Assembly: GCA_000934665.2 (NCBI GenBank)
Contig: JYFJ02001299.1
Location: forward strand, 62,001-96,039
Length of the DNA: 34,039 nucleotides
Source of the DNA: Catajapyx aquilonaris
Lineage: Eukaryota
Direction of reading: 5' to 3'
Part shown: one piece after another, positions 11,323-23,304 of the stretch
How the letters are laid out: each line of letters begins with the position of its first letter
Position numbering within the stretch: position 1 is the first letter of the stretch
Translations under genes and position numbers: made by a program
Notes under the pieces: model-generated
The model's input: the letters and a program-made list of their open reading frames with translations, nothing else
What the model was told of the DNA's origin: nothing
Databases searched by the model: none

Positions 11323-14300
11323 CAGGAAAACGCTTCTGTTGCGATGGAGTGTTTGCGGATCTTGCTCTCAAGGCAGATGAAACTCAGGTGTGTCTGCAGG
11401 GAAGTTAAATACATTTTGCTTCAAGTGCTCCGGATGCCATCTTCAAGCTTAGAGTATCTCAAAATATTTCAGTTGGTCCAGTTTTTTTACTGCACAATTT
11501 AAGCTGAAGCAGTTCCACAATAATTTTTAAAGCGCGTCACAGTCCAGATTAGAGCTCCTGCTACTGCAAAAAAAGTCAACGTCATTCCGATTTCACGGTT
11601 CACTTTGCACGCTTGTTCCCAGGACTGAAACTTGTCCCTGGTCAAACATCCATCAGCGCGGCGATGTGAGAGATTCCATCACACATGCTCATCAACCGAC
11701 AAATTAAGGTGTGTCCCACTCGCTAAACACGAGAGGGGTGGGCACCCTCACATCGTACACACCGGGATTCGGCCTCCAAAAGTTCCTCTTTTTCCGGGGG
11801 GGCTTATTAGCACCGTTTCCTTCCTTTTAACAAATCGAGCAAATTCGGTCTCCAAACAAATCGCAATTGGACGAACGCAATCTGCTGGAGACGGGCTGGA
11901 ACCAGTCCCAAATCACACCTCTGCAAAAATTGGTCACCTTCACTGGTCCCCACCTTTTCTTCTCTCTCGCAAAGAAAAGGTTTCAGCTTTTTTTTCTTCT
12001 TCTTCTCTGTAGTAGCGTCCCCATAAATAATCCGTAGAAACGTCGCGGCAAATGAGTCGGAAGTGGAAAGATGGGCGCGACCTGAGCTTTGGAGACCGCA
12101 ATAACTCATGTGCTAATGGACAGGGGCAGAGGAGGTTTCCCCCCGTCAATTTATTCGGGGTGGGTAGAGAGAAGGGGGTTTTCTGGGGGTGGTTTCTAAC
12201 CCTGCCTATGTACCCTCGCCTGCTGACCGCAATAGATTCTGCTTGCTTGGTCTCCGCCACGAATTAGACGCGTAAATCAGGGGAGACCACAAAAGCTACA
12301 GTGTCCCTTCTGGTGCAGTTGGGCCGTACGTCCTCCACCTGAGATTTAGGGTTGCTGGACACGGGGGGGCAAACAAGCAAATTGGGCTAAATGTCTGGGG
12401 GAGAAAATTTGTGCCAACTTCTGAATAATTTTCCAGACCGGTAGAGTCCCCAAAAAAATGAAGCATATGGCACCTAAAGTGGGGTCTGATTCTAAGGCCA
12501 GGTCACGTCCTGGTCATCTATGCTGGGCTGGCTCCAATGGTCTTCATTGTGTGCAGGATGTGGTGCTGCATGATTTTCCCAACAGGGTTTTCTTCGAGCC
12601 CTCAGATGCTGACGTATTGCATATTGTCAACTGGTGATAGCGGCTATTTGTTACAAACAGACGCCCGCGATCAACTAGGTTTGATCGAGTCAATTATGGA
12701 ATGCGCAACTAAATTGGGATATTATGCTAACAAGACTGTAGCGTTTGCTAATACATGGGGATTCGCTGCCAATTACTCTCCGGGGACGTGTGCTGTTGAT
12801 TTGAAAACTAGTGCAATTGGATAGACATTGTGTGTAAAAGCTTCAAATTTTCCTGTTCCGAATGACCCCTTTGGTGTCATAAAACTTGTAATCGGAACGT
12901 ATCTGACATAATCCTTCGGGGCTAGAACTTGGGTAATAGCCTTCAACCCGTTTCACGAAAAAAGGGTACGTTTATTTGGGTGTAATAAGCGTATATATCA
13001 GGCACGTCATCCATTAGGATATGGCAGTTGACAGACTGTAACCCCCGCACGCTGCAGACTCCCTGGCTTAAAAAGCGGATTGAAACCAAAAGAGACGAGA
13101 AACAATCGCCTGTCATCCGCAGACGTCCAGAGCTCCCGATGCAAAGGAAAATTTCCCCAGTTGCACACTAACAATAGGTCGCTTCCCCAGAATTTTCCAT
13201 ACCCACTCATCTGTCCAACAAAGGCACAGATGCCACTGCCATACATATAAAACTCGCGCCAGAAAACGACTAAAAAAATTTGGTGATAGGGGGTGAGACA
13301 CTATGTTTAAAAATGGATGTGTCGCTCTCACAACTTTCAACGCCTGGCGGGGGGGTCAAGCTTAATGTCATGTTCATACATTGTTCATTCACGTAAATGT
13401 TTTAGACTCTACCTAGCGTATAGTGCCACTTCACTATTTTATTCAAAACTATCCCTCAGTATCTATATACACATTTTTAACAAGCTCAGTCTGTCTCATT
13501 TCCACTACCAGTTTCAATTCTTGAAATGGTACATATTTAAGCCTGACCCCATCAAACGTAATGATAACCTCTTTCCGGAGATAACCCTCTTACGAGGATG
13601 CTTCAGTCACAAGGGGTTTGAACCTAGTTAAACAGTATTCGCCATCAATTACGGAGCTAAGGTTCCAGCAACAAACTCTGCAAATGTACTCATTAGCTGA
13701 CCTCGCCAACTCTCATTTACATCACAAAAGGGACGCTAATTTCTTAAAAACATGGGAGAATACGCAATGGAGTTAATTTACACACTTGTTTATAACCTGG
13801 AAGGTCACTTTATAGCTCATGCATTTGATGTAATTTCAAAAATTGCAAATATACTGTAGCTGTATAGAACAGAAGTGTCGTTCACCCTAAAAATTTGACT
13901 GAATCATAACAAAATGACTTTACAGCATTCAAATAAAAAGTGCTGAAAGAGCCCGGATAACAAGAATAACACAGAAATCTAGTTTCAGAAACGAAATAGC
14001 ATAAAATGTCAAGCAAGTCTCCCTCGATTCCGAAGAGAAAGGCAAAAAAAAAATCATTGTCTCAAGAGCATTTCCCCATTCATGACATGCTCCCGTATCT
14101 CAAAGCAGGCCACAAAATATATGATAATCGACACAATACATTCAACCCCGGAGCTGGTTCCTTTCGGGTTTTTTTTTTGGTCCCCCTCTTCTTTTTTCCT
14201 CAGAAGAAATATCCGATAAGATGAAATGTTGGGAGTAAAAGTTGCGCGACGCAATTCTTTCGTCGGGCGCAAATTTTCCCGATGGCGAGATGAAACTGAA

Positions 14301-16887
14301 TAAGTCATGAGCCAGGGAAATGGTTTGATTTCACATTAAGATTTTTCCTTTCTTTTTTNGGGGGGCTCAAAACATTGATTTATTGAATTTGAAACAAACG
14401 TGCGGGGAAAGCGGGGCGAAGAGGCGGAAGAAGTTTGGGTAGAAAGAATCAGCAGAACTTTCGGAAATGATTACGGTTGTATCGAGTCGTAACTAATGCA
14501 GACAAATGATCCTACTAGTTTTTTTGGTCTCCCAAAATAAACTTTTCTGCACGTCAATCGCAAATTAAATGATACCTTCCTACCCATGCTTTGTTGGGTC
14601 AAGAAGCTTTTGAATTCAGGCACCGTTGAACTTGTGGTTTGGTGCAACTGACAACACGAATTAAATCGATTTACCGGCCTGGTTATGTTGACATTTTCGC
14701 TTCTTTTAATCCGACATTTGACATTTTGGAAAATTATAATATTAGCAGTCCAGGCTCGCACCCTAAAAACATGTTGGCCACCGGCCAGAGTATTGAACCA
14801 ACCAGCAGTACAAGAGTGTAGACAGCAATTGGGTCGTTCACTCCTACAATAGTACCGAACAACGCAACGCCATAACGGGGCAAATGGAATTCCCTTGTAA
14901 AAATTTGCTAGCACTAGGTATAGGGGGGTTGGACTATAGTGGTTGGGGGTTTTTCACAAGGGGTCGAACAAGAGGAAGAGCCGGAGGATTCGCCCAAATG
15001 CCATTTGGCATATACTTTAGGATAGCCACGCATCATGGGGTTTCCTGCTGCCGATTGGACGGCAGGGAATTTATAGCTGCTCGATTCCTAGCCCACAGAA
15101 CCAGGCGATAAATCAAGACTTTGGGGGGTCTGACCAGGGCTTATGTGGCCAGATAGAAAAATGCGTATCGCACATCAGGGATGCCAATTTCTGAGAGAGA
15201 AAAATTTCAGGTGCAATTCATGCAAATGAAAAAAGGAAAGAAAATCCGTATATGTTACGCGTACAGTACATTTTAGTTAAACTGCAGCACATACTGTAGC
15301 CTTCGTTTCAATGGTTTGGGAGCTAACGGGCCCAGATTCGCACACCAGTTGCAGATCACAATCGTGCTGCAGCGCAAACTAAATCAAAATCAACAATATT
15401 AACCGGGAAGGTACACAATGCACGCGTCCACCGCATCAGGAAGGTCCCTTTGTTACAGCAACAACGGGGAGGATTGTAAGCTCAATTATACAACTGAGCC
15501 ATAGAAAAAAAGAGAGCTAAAACCTGTCAAAAAATATACGCCCTACAATTCTCGTAATCTACATTAAACAAACCGGTTTGAAGGCCTAAAATGCAGAATG
15601 ATCCGAATCACGATGGCATAATCTAGAGATTGTTAGAAATTTTACATTTTTATAAAGCGATAATGGTAATTAGCCTATTTTATTGTAACCTTCGATTCTA
15701 TGAGCGTAAAGATGTTAATCCCAACCGTTACATTACAAAGTCTACAGGCGGATTTTAACATATTAAAAATATGGCCTCAGGCCGAACCTCATCAAATAAA
15801 TTGACTGAAAATTTCTGATTATCCTATGTAAATTTTGACACACACGTTTATCATAATTTGCGTCCAGCAACTCTTACTTTTTGGTATTAGATTCCGATTT
15901 ATTTTTAGGATTGAGTTAATTGCTTTTGAGTTTGTAGAACTTTGTTACGGTGTCAGTTACAAATAATTCTTTTCACTTCTCTATTGTCTATTGATCCCAT
16001 AGAATTGGCTTCATGTTTCGACCCACTTTTCAAAACCATCTCACGGATTCCAGCTTCATCCGCACCCGACCTTTCGAATATGGCAGCAATCCGACATTCA
16101 CAGCTGCCAAAAATTCAACTGCAATCTTGCATCCCTCACACAATTCACACCCACAGTGCCATGCTCTACCACACCCGGTGTGTACAACTGAGAAATATAA
16201 AATGACACAGACCAGCCCCACATAAACCCTTGGCAACAATCCGTGCGCGGGGCATACATAATGACAGCTCAGGAGGGGCGGGAATAAGTGTATAAAAACG
16301 GGTCCTGTTCCATTATGAAGAGAGAATGTGGGTGGGGAGGATTAGTTGGGGCGAGAGGGGGGCCGACCAGCCTTTCATCTGCAAAGTGGTTAATCCCGGA
16401 AGCCTAAACCCTGGGACGATGTTGTGTGAATGAACAACACCAACTTGGGCTAATCCCAGACCGCGCCTTTCATTTTGAGCGCTTTTGCATCTCCAGGGTC
16501 CTCCGCCAGCTGATTAAAACTGAGCTCAATTTTCTTTTCTCTTTTAGGAAAACACAACGTCTGATTCCTTCGGACCACACGCGAAGGTGGCCAATTTCGG
16601 TCGAGCCGGTTCCAAAATAAGGCCATTGCACCCCTTTGGGGGGTGGGGGGATATCTCTCGCACCACTTCCTAAACAGACGGTATTGTAGCCGGACCCTCC
16701 CCAATTTCCAGCTTAGGAGCTTAGCGGCCATGATCCCCTGCCGTTTCCTGATTATGTCGGAGGGGTCCAACCCACTTTCCAATTAACTGCCTTTCTTTGA
16801 GGCTACAAAGTCAAAACTGGATCGCTGCAATATGTTTCTCATCCACGGAGATATTCTGCCCTGTGTTGTACACTGCCTGACAGGCTA

Positions 16888-17134
16888 GTACCACATGGAG
16901 CTGCCTAGCTAGGGCTGACTGGCCGCATGGAGCTAGGCCTAGCTGGGTCTAGCTGACTGTACCACATGGAGCTAGGCCTAGCTAGGGCTGACTGGCCGCA
17001 TGGAGCTAGGCCTAGCTGGGTCTAGCTGACTGTACCACATGGAGCTAGGCCTAGCTAGGGCTGACTGGCCGCATGGAGCTAGGCCTAGCTAGGGCTCACT
17101 TGCCGCATGGAGCTAGGCCTAGATAGGCCTGACT
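16888..17134. repeat. minisatellite, 7 units with palindromic core and 34/39-bp alternation
   Basis: Core CATGGAGCTAGGCCTAGCT starts at 16894 (degenerate), 16926, 16965, 16999, 17038, 17072 and 17106 (spacings 32, 39, 34, 39, 34, 34). Linkers alternate between AGGGCTGACTGGCCG and GGGTCTAGCTGACTGTACCA. Confidence 0.95.
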
Positions 17135-17622
17135 AACTGTGTACAAAATAAATCGGGGGGAAACAGCGCCAACATGTGACATCTCAACAACGAATTCCAA
17201 CCATATTCATACATGCTTAACCGCACATAAATATTCTATGGCAACAAATGAGAGCGGCATTTCCAAATCCGGGCTGCCATTATTCTGTCCCCGCACCCTG
17301 TTATAAGCTGGACCCTCAGGTCACTTTGCAATGCTGAAACATTAACTAAATGACACGCACACTGAAAATTTTCGAGGGGTTTTGGCACAAAAAGGATGCG
17401 TCGCGAGTTGCATTGTCAAAACGGTTTCCGCAGCACTTGTCTGATTGGCGCGTCAAATTTTGCTAACTGTCCCACTTACACTTCCTCACCACCACTTAAC
17501 TGAAATGGAAGCAATTAGCGTAATTGCTCCCCTACCTATCCACCTGAAAGCAGCTCCGGATAAAATTTTGATCAGCTTCTTCAGTCTGCATCGACCCCGT
17601 TTTTGGGAGCCCCCCCCCCCCT

Positions 17623-17626
17623 TCTN

Positions 17627-17687
<61 letters not shown>
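17623..17687. repeat. (TC)~32 microsatellite preceded by a C12 run; contains an N at 17626
   Basis: Read directly. The N suggests the assembled length is uncertain. Confidence 0.95.
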
Positions 17688-17692
<5 letters not shown>

Positions 17693-20600
17693 GCCTCCAA
17701 CGCCCCCTTTTTGCAGCTTCATCTCTTTCTTCTCTCTCCTACATATACCCAACTCTCCCATCTCATCCCATTCCACTTCCATTCCGACCAAACAACTTTG
17801 TTTCTACAAGTTGGACCAGGAAGCAGACTAGATGTCACACAACCAGAGCAAAAAGGCGAAAGTTCGCTCCTGGAAATGATTGTTGTGTTATAACCTTGGC
17901 TTCGAAATAACATGTATAGATATATATTATATATACACACAAAAAATTTCTTCCACCTCCTTTTCCTGCCCATTGGGAATGTTCCCTATCTCTGTAGAAG
18001 GAACCAATATTGCTCGCCGCATGATTGAAGCGGGGAAGACCCGGAAAAAATTTAGATCCGGCGAGAAGGAGATATAGGAGAGGAGACTCCATTCAAGGGG
18101 AAAAAGAGACCGGAGAAAAATGTGGAGGCTTCCAGAATGAAGTGTTCAGAGTTTTTGAGTGAAGCTCGCTGCACAACACGTTTCGAATGCAAAAATATGG
18201 TTCGCAACCAGCAAAAAAAAAGCAGAGAAACCTTTCACGTCTTGCTTCCGTCTTCTTGGAACGACAAAATTAGCAATTGTGAAATAAGAGAACCCTCAGC
18301 TTTCGCATGGCTTCAAAATTTGGTGAATTCGGTGTCAATAAATTCTCCAACGCTTGCATACACACAAAAAAACACCAATGTGTATTCTTATCAGATTCGC
18401 AACTTTTTTTTGGCAAGGTCTCTTTTGTTTCTTTTCCCCCATGCTGGAAGTGCGCATCCGGCTGACACGCAATATAAGAGGTGGAGACGAAATCGCGGAA
18501 ACTCGTAAAAGCAACCGAACATTCCGAATGTAGGAGATCGAACACTTGAAACGGGTTTTTATGTGCACCTCAAAACGGGCCCGCTTTATGCCTCCTGGAG
18601 CCGCCTGGAGGGTTCCAGAAGATTGGGTCATGGACACACGATTCTGTGATCCACAATGCCACAAGGGACAACCAGTGTTGTCCATTACATCGCTCCCTTG
18701 AGAACAGTGCATAAGAAAGTGCCGGATTTATCACATAATTGTTCACCTAGTAGTAGATAAAAGCAAGTTCCATCAGCTGACATTGACAAATCAGAATCGT
18801 GACTCCAGATCATATAATCAGACCGATCGAATCGGTGTCATAGGCCAAGAATAGAGGGGTCGTTTTGGCGGGGGGTGTGCGAGTCGAGTGGGAAAGAGCG
18901 AAATGAAATCGGGCCGGCACATTTCGAAAGCCTCACGTCGCTCTCAATCTTATTCCCCTGCTCCATCAGGCCTTGGAAAACACGAGTGGATAAGGAGAGA
19001 GTGCTGCAGGCGGATGGTACGGCCACCTGTCAAAGGGCATGCTACTCACACTCTGTTCAACCTATATACCGCCAGCATGTGTTGAGAGTATTGGTAAGAA
19101 ATGTCTGGGGGGGACAGAATATTATTCCGTTGTCAGCTGCGTCCCAATATTGCAGGTAGTACACTGGTCTTTGTAGTTCTGTGCAGGGATTTGCACGTAC
19201 GAGGGGACCTTTGAAGGGAAACCACATAGGACGGAAACGCCTTTCATCTCTCGACCATTCATCCTCAGTCGACCAAGACATGCACTCAGGGCTGGTCCAC
19301 ACATGTGTTTGACTACTTTTCAAACCCCTCTCCTAGGAATTTAGAACGAGAGAGAGAGAGACTACACCGGATTTCTTAATTTGCTTTTATCTCACGCATT
19401 CCTGTCAAGAGAGAGGGTTTCCTGCGGCCTCGATGACGACATTACGAAGGCTTACGTTTCAATGTCATTTCGAGTTTGTACAGGTGCTAACGGAATGCCT
19501 AATGGACCAATGGGATTTCTTTTTTTTGTATTTTTGGCTCTTAATCTCATCGGTAGCTTCATTTAAAAAGTCAGCCCTCTTCCTTGTGTGAAGTACGTGA
19601 GGATTTAATCTGAACCCCCTCAATCTCTGGTCAGCCTGTAGCCAGCAGCTTTCCCCCCACAGAAAAGCTAACTGAAAGGACAGGAATTTCATTAACAAGG
19701 GATTACGGCTTCTCGCTTTTCGAAAGCCTTCCTTCCACCCTATCAGAGCACAACCCATTGGCCTGGGTATTTACCAAGAGAACCGGAAGCACATGTCTGG
19801 AGCCCTACAAGAAAGTGGGCCGGTTTCTTGTCACGCCATGTCCGCCTTCTAATTAGCCCGCAAGCTTCAAGAGAATCATGATTCATGGGAGCCGATCTAA
19901 TATATCCCAAAGTTTCATAATTGCACGGCATGGGGGCAGAAGTGATGGGATAGTTTAGGACTGTCCTTGAATGCTCTACAAGTAACCGGCTTCTGGTACG
20001 ACGTCATTATTGCAAAAAATTATCCCATCAAACAAAAGTTTTCCCAATTTGCTCGCATTTTTTAAAAACATTATTTCGATTTAAGCTGACTTTGAACGTA
20101 CATATTCAGTGAATTAGTCTCGTTATAAATTCCTGCAGTTTGTTACAACCCTCTGCAAAAAATATATATACGGAAATTGGTATCGGGCTATCGGATCAAT
20201 GGAGGGAGGCATTTCCTTTCTAATATTCCGCCCCCTCTCTGGAACCAATCCAATCCCAACGAAAATTTTCCCCAGTTTCGCAAAACTTGCCCTGCAAAAA
20301 TTTTACCCCCAGCATCCGATAGAAAAACAATACTTTGTGCCTCTAAACTGGCGCTTGCTATATATACCGAACCAAAAGAGCCAGAATAAATCCCCTTGCA
20401 CTTAGCAAGAGTTCTGGCGTGTAAACAATGCCTTGGGGACAGAAGTTGAGAGTGGGTGGGTTACTATGTACAATTTTGATGATCAAAGTCTATCCGGACT
20501 TAAACAAACCCCGTGTTTAAATGGGGCAGGGAGCAAGCAGGGGGGGCTGTCACGCAGAGCTCGTCCCGTTGGCCTAATGTCAACAGTTATCGGCCTGTCG

Positions 20601-23277
20601 CGCGTGAAATTGGAAGCCTCCATGACCAATGAGTCCGCTCTTGCATTCCAAATCATTCCAGGTCCCCCCCTCCCCTCCCACCACCGCATTTTTGCTCCGC
20701 TGTCTCTCTCTATCCACGCCAATGCTGATTTCATGAATTAAGAATTAGCAGCAAACGGTCCTTTTTTTGGGTAGGGAACTAGGGACGACTCTTTCAGGCG
20801 AATAATAAAAAAAAGGAAAAGCAAATTTATTCAAACGGGAACATAATTTAGCACCATTTCATAATAGGAGGCATAGATGGGAAAAAAAATTGAATATTCT
20901 GACAGAGTTGTTATTTCTGGGGGGGTAATGCAGTCGTTAGAATGTAGAAACGAAACAACTAGTTCGCAGCTGGAAGCTTGAAAAACGAATCTCGGGGGTT
21001 CCTTCAAGATAACGGTTGATTGATCGAAAAGCAGGGGAGGGGGGCTATAAAGAAAAAAAGGGTCAAAAACAATGTTTTCATTGTTCTCCAGAACTCTATA
21101 CAAATTCCTTTTGTTTACAGCTACGGCAAGATGCTGACGATCGTTTTTCATTTCCAACAAGAAGCCTTTTTCTTCCTTACACTGCTGACGCTTTTAGTTT
21201 CCTCCTTGGTTCATAAATATTACAAGGTTGGAGAGCAAGTACAGTACCGTTGAATGACACCGTGTCTTATTTGAGCATTATAACAATTTGTTTTCCCACT
21301 TTTAAAGAGTTGTACCGCGCACGATGCTGTCACTCACAAAGTGCTAAGGACATGACAAATTCTGAAAATGCTTGTAAAAGCTCTTGAGACTTTGGACTCA
21401 TCTCAGACTTGATAAAGATGTTGGGCATTTACTGTTTTTAGACATAAAACACTAATAAATCAAACTAATGATAATGCCTTGTTCTTAAAGTCATGAAAGG
21501 TTAATCACTCTTCCAGTTACCGGTATATGCTTTTAAACAGAAAATACTCGTAAATATGACAAGTTTGAATCAATGTACTGACACACATTCTCCAGAAAAA
21601 TTAGGAGCCCAGACTGGTCGATCTGTCGTGACCTCATTGCTAAAACACAACATTAGTAAAATGGGAAGAATACATTAGAGCTTCATCTACTAAGAAAACT
21701 GTGGGGTACTTTTTCCTCCGTACATTGTCATAAACCGGACCAAATCTCTCTTCTGCTGGCACCACTTTGGAAAATAATTGCCCGAATTATGAAGTTGGAT
21801 TCCCTCGAGTGGGTGGGAATTAGGATGGAGAAAAAGCGGGGAGCCCTGATTATCTCTCACGTCCCTTGGCACTCTGCATTTATCAAGTGAAATTCGGCAT
21901 TAGTGTGAGCAGCTCAAGGGTGTGAGCAAACACCCCCACAGGTTCCTGAGGGTGATATATAAATTACCGGCCATCGTTTTAATGTTCCCGAGATCGCAGC
22001 TCCGGCCCAGATAATTATGCCACGTGAAATGGATTAATGTGTTCTTCTCTAACAATGATCATCCTCACGCTACACCTTCCGCACGCCACGTTCCCCAAGA
22101 TGTGATTAGCAGTCTGTTTGGACAATCCGATTTGCGCATAACGGGAGCTGTATACCTGCTGAAGAGCTGACACTGATATAATTTAGGTGAGGGAGCCTGA
22201 GTCTGTAAATATAAAAAAATAAAATAAAGTTTCAAATTGGTGGAGATGTTTCTTCTTCAACTTCTTCTGTGGAATCGAAGCGAAGGATAAAAAAAACACG
22301 CGGGAAGTATAACAAAAAAAACCTAGTCTCTTGCACCCCCCAGACCCTCTTCTTCGACAAACAGATGGAAGTGGGAATTGAAACGGTCAATGTTTTCTCT
22401 CCCGCCGCATAGTTCTGACTTTGACAGGAAGGAAAAAAGTTTTGCAGTTTCAGCTTACTCACAAAATGGATATCTTTCTTTCCCTTCTCCCCTTCTCGAC
22501 TCTCACCCACGGGATTTCCCTTCAAAGCGGCTTCACGTGACTCTATCATTCTAAAGCCAGCCACTTTCGAACTCTATAGTTGTACCAATTGCACTTTTTA
22601 AAAAGACAATATCAGGAATGTTTGTACGTAATCATAGATTTTCTCCTTATATCATGATGGCGTTAGATGTATCCGCTTTAATATTCAAGTGTGGAAATAA
22701 CGCCAGAGCGGTATTGAAAATCCGTCCAAGTCGCTTGAAACAACACGAACGTAATGGAGGGAAAAGCGTTGCGGGGCTTTCGGCAAAACCCAGTTGACTG
22801 AGGCAAATTCACATTATTGCTTATGCATATTCATAAATAATGTTCGTTGCGACTTTCCTCGTCCCGTCGCAGTAACGAGTACTTTTGTCGCCCTTCCTAA
22901 TTGTGATATTTGAACACTCGCATTCGTCCCAGTTACCGGTACCTTGAGACGTCCTCAAAATATTCAATAAATTAGCTCCTTATTAGCAACTCTGTACAGC
23001 AGGACGGGGACGTAGTGTAATTAGTAGTTTGTCAATGGCTTCTCGCCCAGATCCTTCAGAAGCTCAGAGTAAAACCGGGAAGAAGAAAAAGACCTCGGGA
23101 CTCAGATTTATGGCTTGAGTTGAATCCTCTTCGGGACCTGAAACGCACTGCATCCTCCAATCCCAGGAGTGCAATTTGAGTTTTAATTATGAGCAAGTCT
23201 GTTGGAAAGGCCTACAAATCATCTGCCGCTTCCTAGAATGCTTATCGAGCTTCAACTGATGGCTGGCAAAATATAGC

Positions 23278-23304
23278 TGGAGCTAGGCCTAGTCAGGCCC
23301 TAGC
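23278..23304. repeat. solo copy of the minisatellite unit
   Basis: TGGAGCTAGGCCTAG (23278-23292) is identical to the array core. The overlapping AGTCAGGCCCTAGC is the reverse complement of the array linker/end GCTAGGG(C)CTGACT. Confidence 0.7.

Noticed and set aside
12557..12637. Possible plus-strand terminal exon (DVVLHDFPNRVFFEPSDADVLHIVNW*) after TGTGCAG
   Set aside because: It looks protein-like, but I recognise no homology, the acceptor is mediocre and I found no partner exon.
13612..13670. tRNA-derived SINE or tRNA on the minus strand (B-box-like GGTTCAAACCC)
   Set aside because: The A box is weak, there is no cloverleaf and no tail or target duplication.
15176..15187. hAT-like terminus CAGGGATGCCAA
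   Set aside because: I found no matching inverted partner, so no element can be delimited.
16888..17134. CRISPR array
   Set aside because: The palindromic repeat looks CRISPR-like, but the spacers are only two recurring short variants, there are no cas genes, and the context is eukaryotic.
14359..17626. Single N bases at 14359 and 17626
   Set aside because: These are assembly ambiguities at a homopolymer junction and in a microsatellite, not biological features.
5883..22130. About 12-nt similarities to miR-100 (5883), miR-31 (21125) and miR-219 (about 22116, minus strand)
   Set aside because: The matches do not cover a full mature miRNA and there is no precursor hairpin.
22165..22192. Plus-strand TTTAG|GTGAGG as a second recursive site (similarly 32157 and 33241)
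   Set aside because: The pyrimidine tracts and/or donors are weak compared with the site at 30799.
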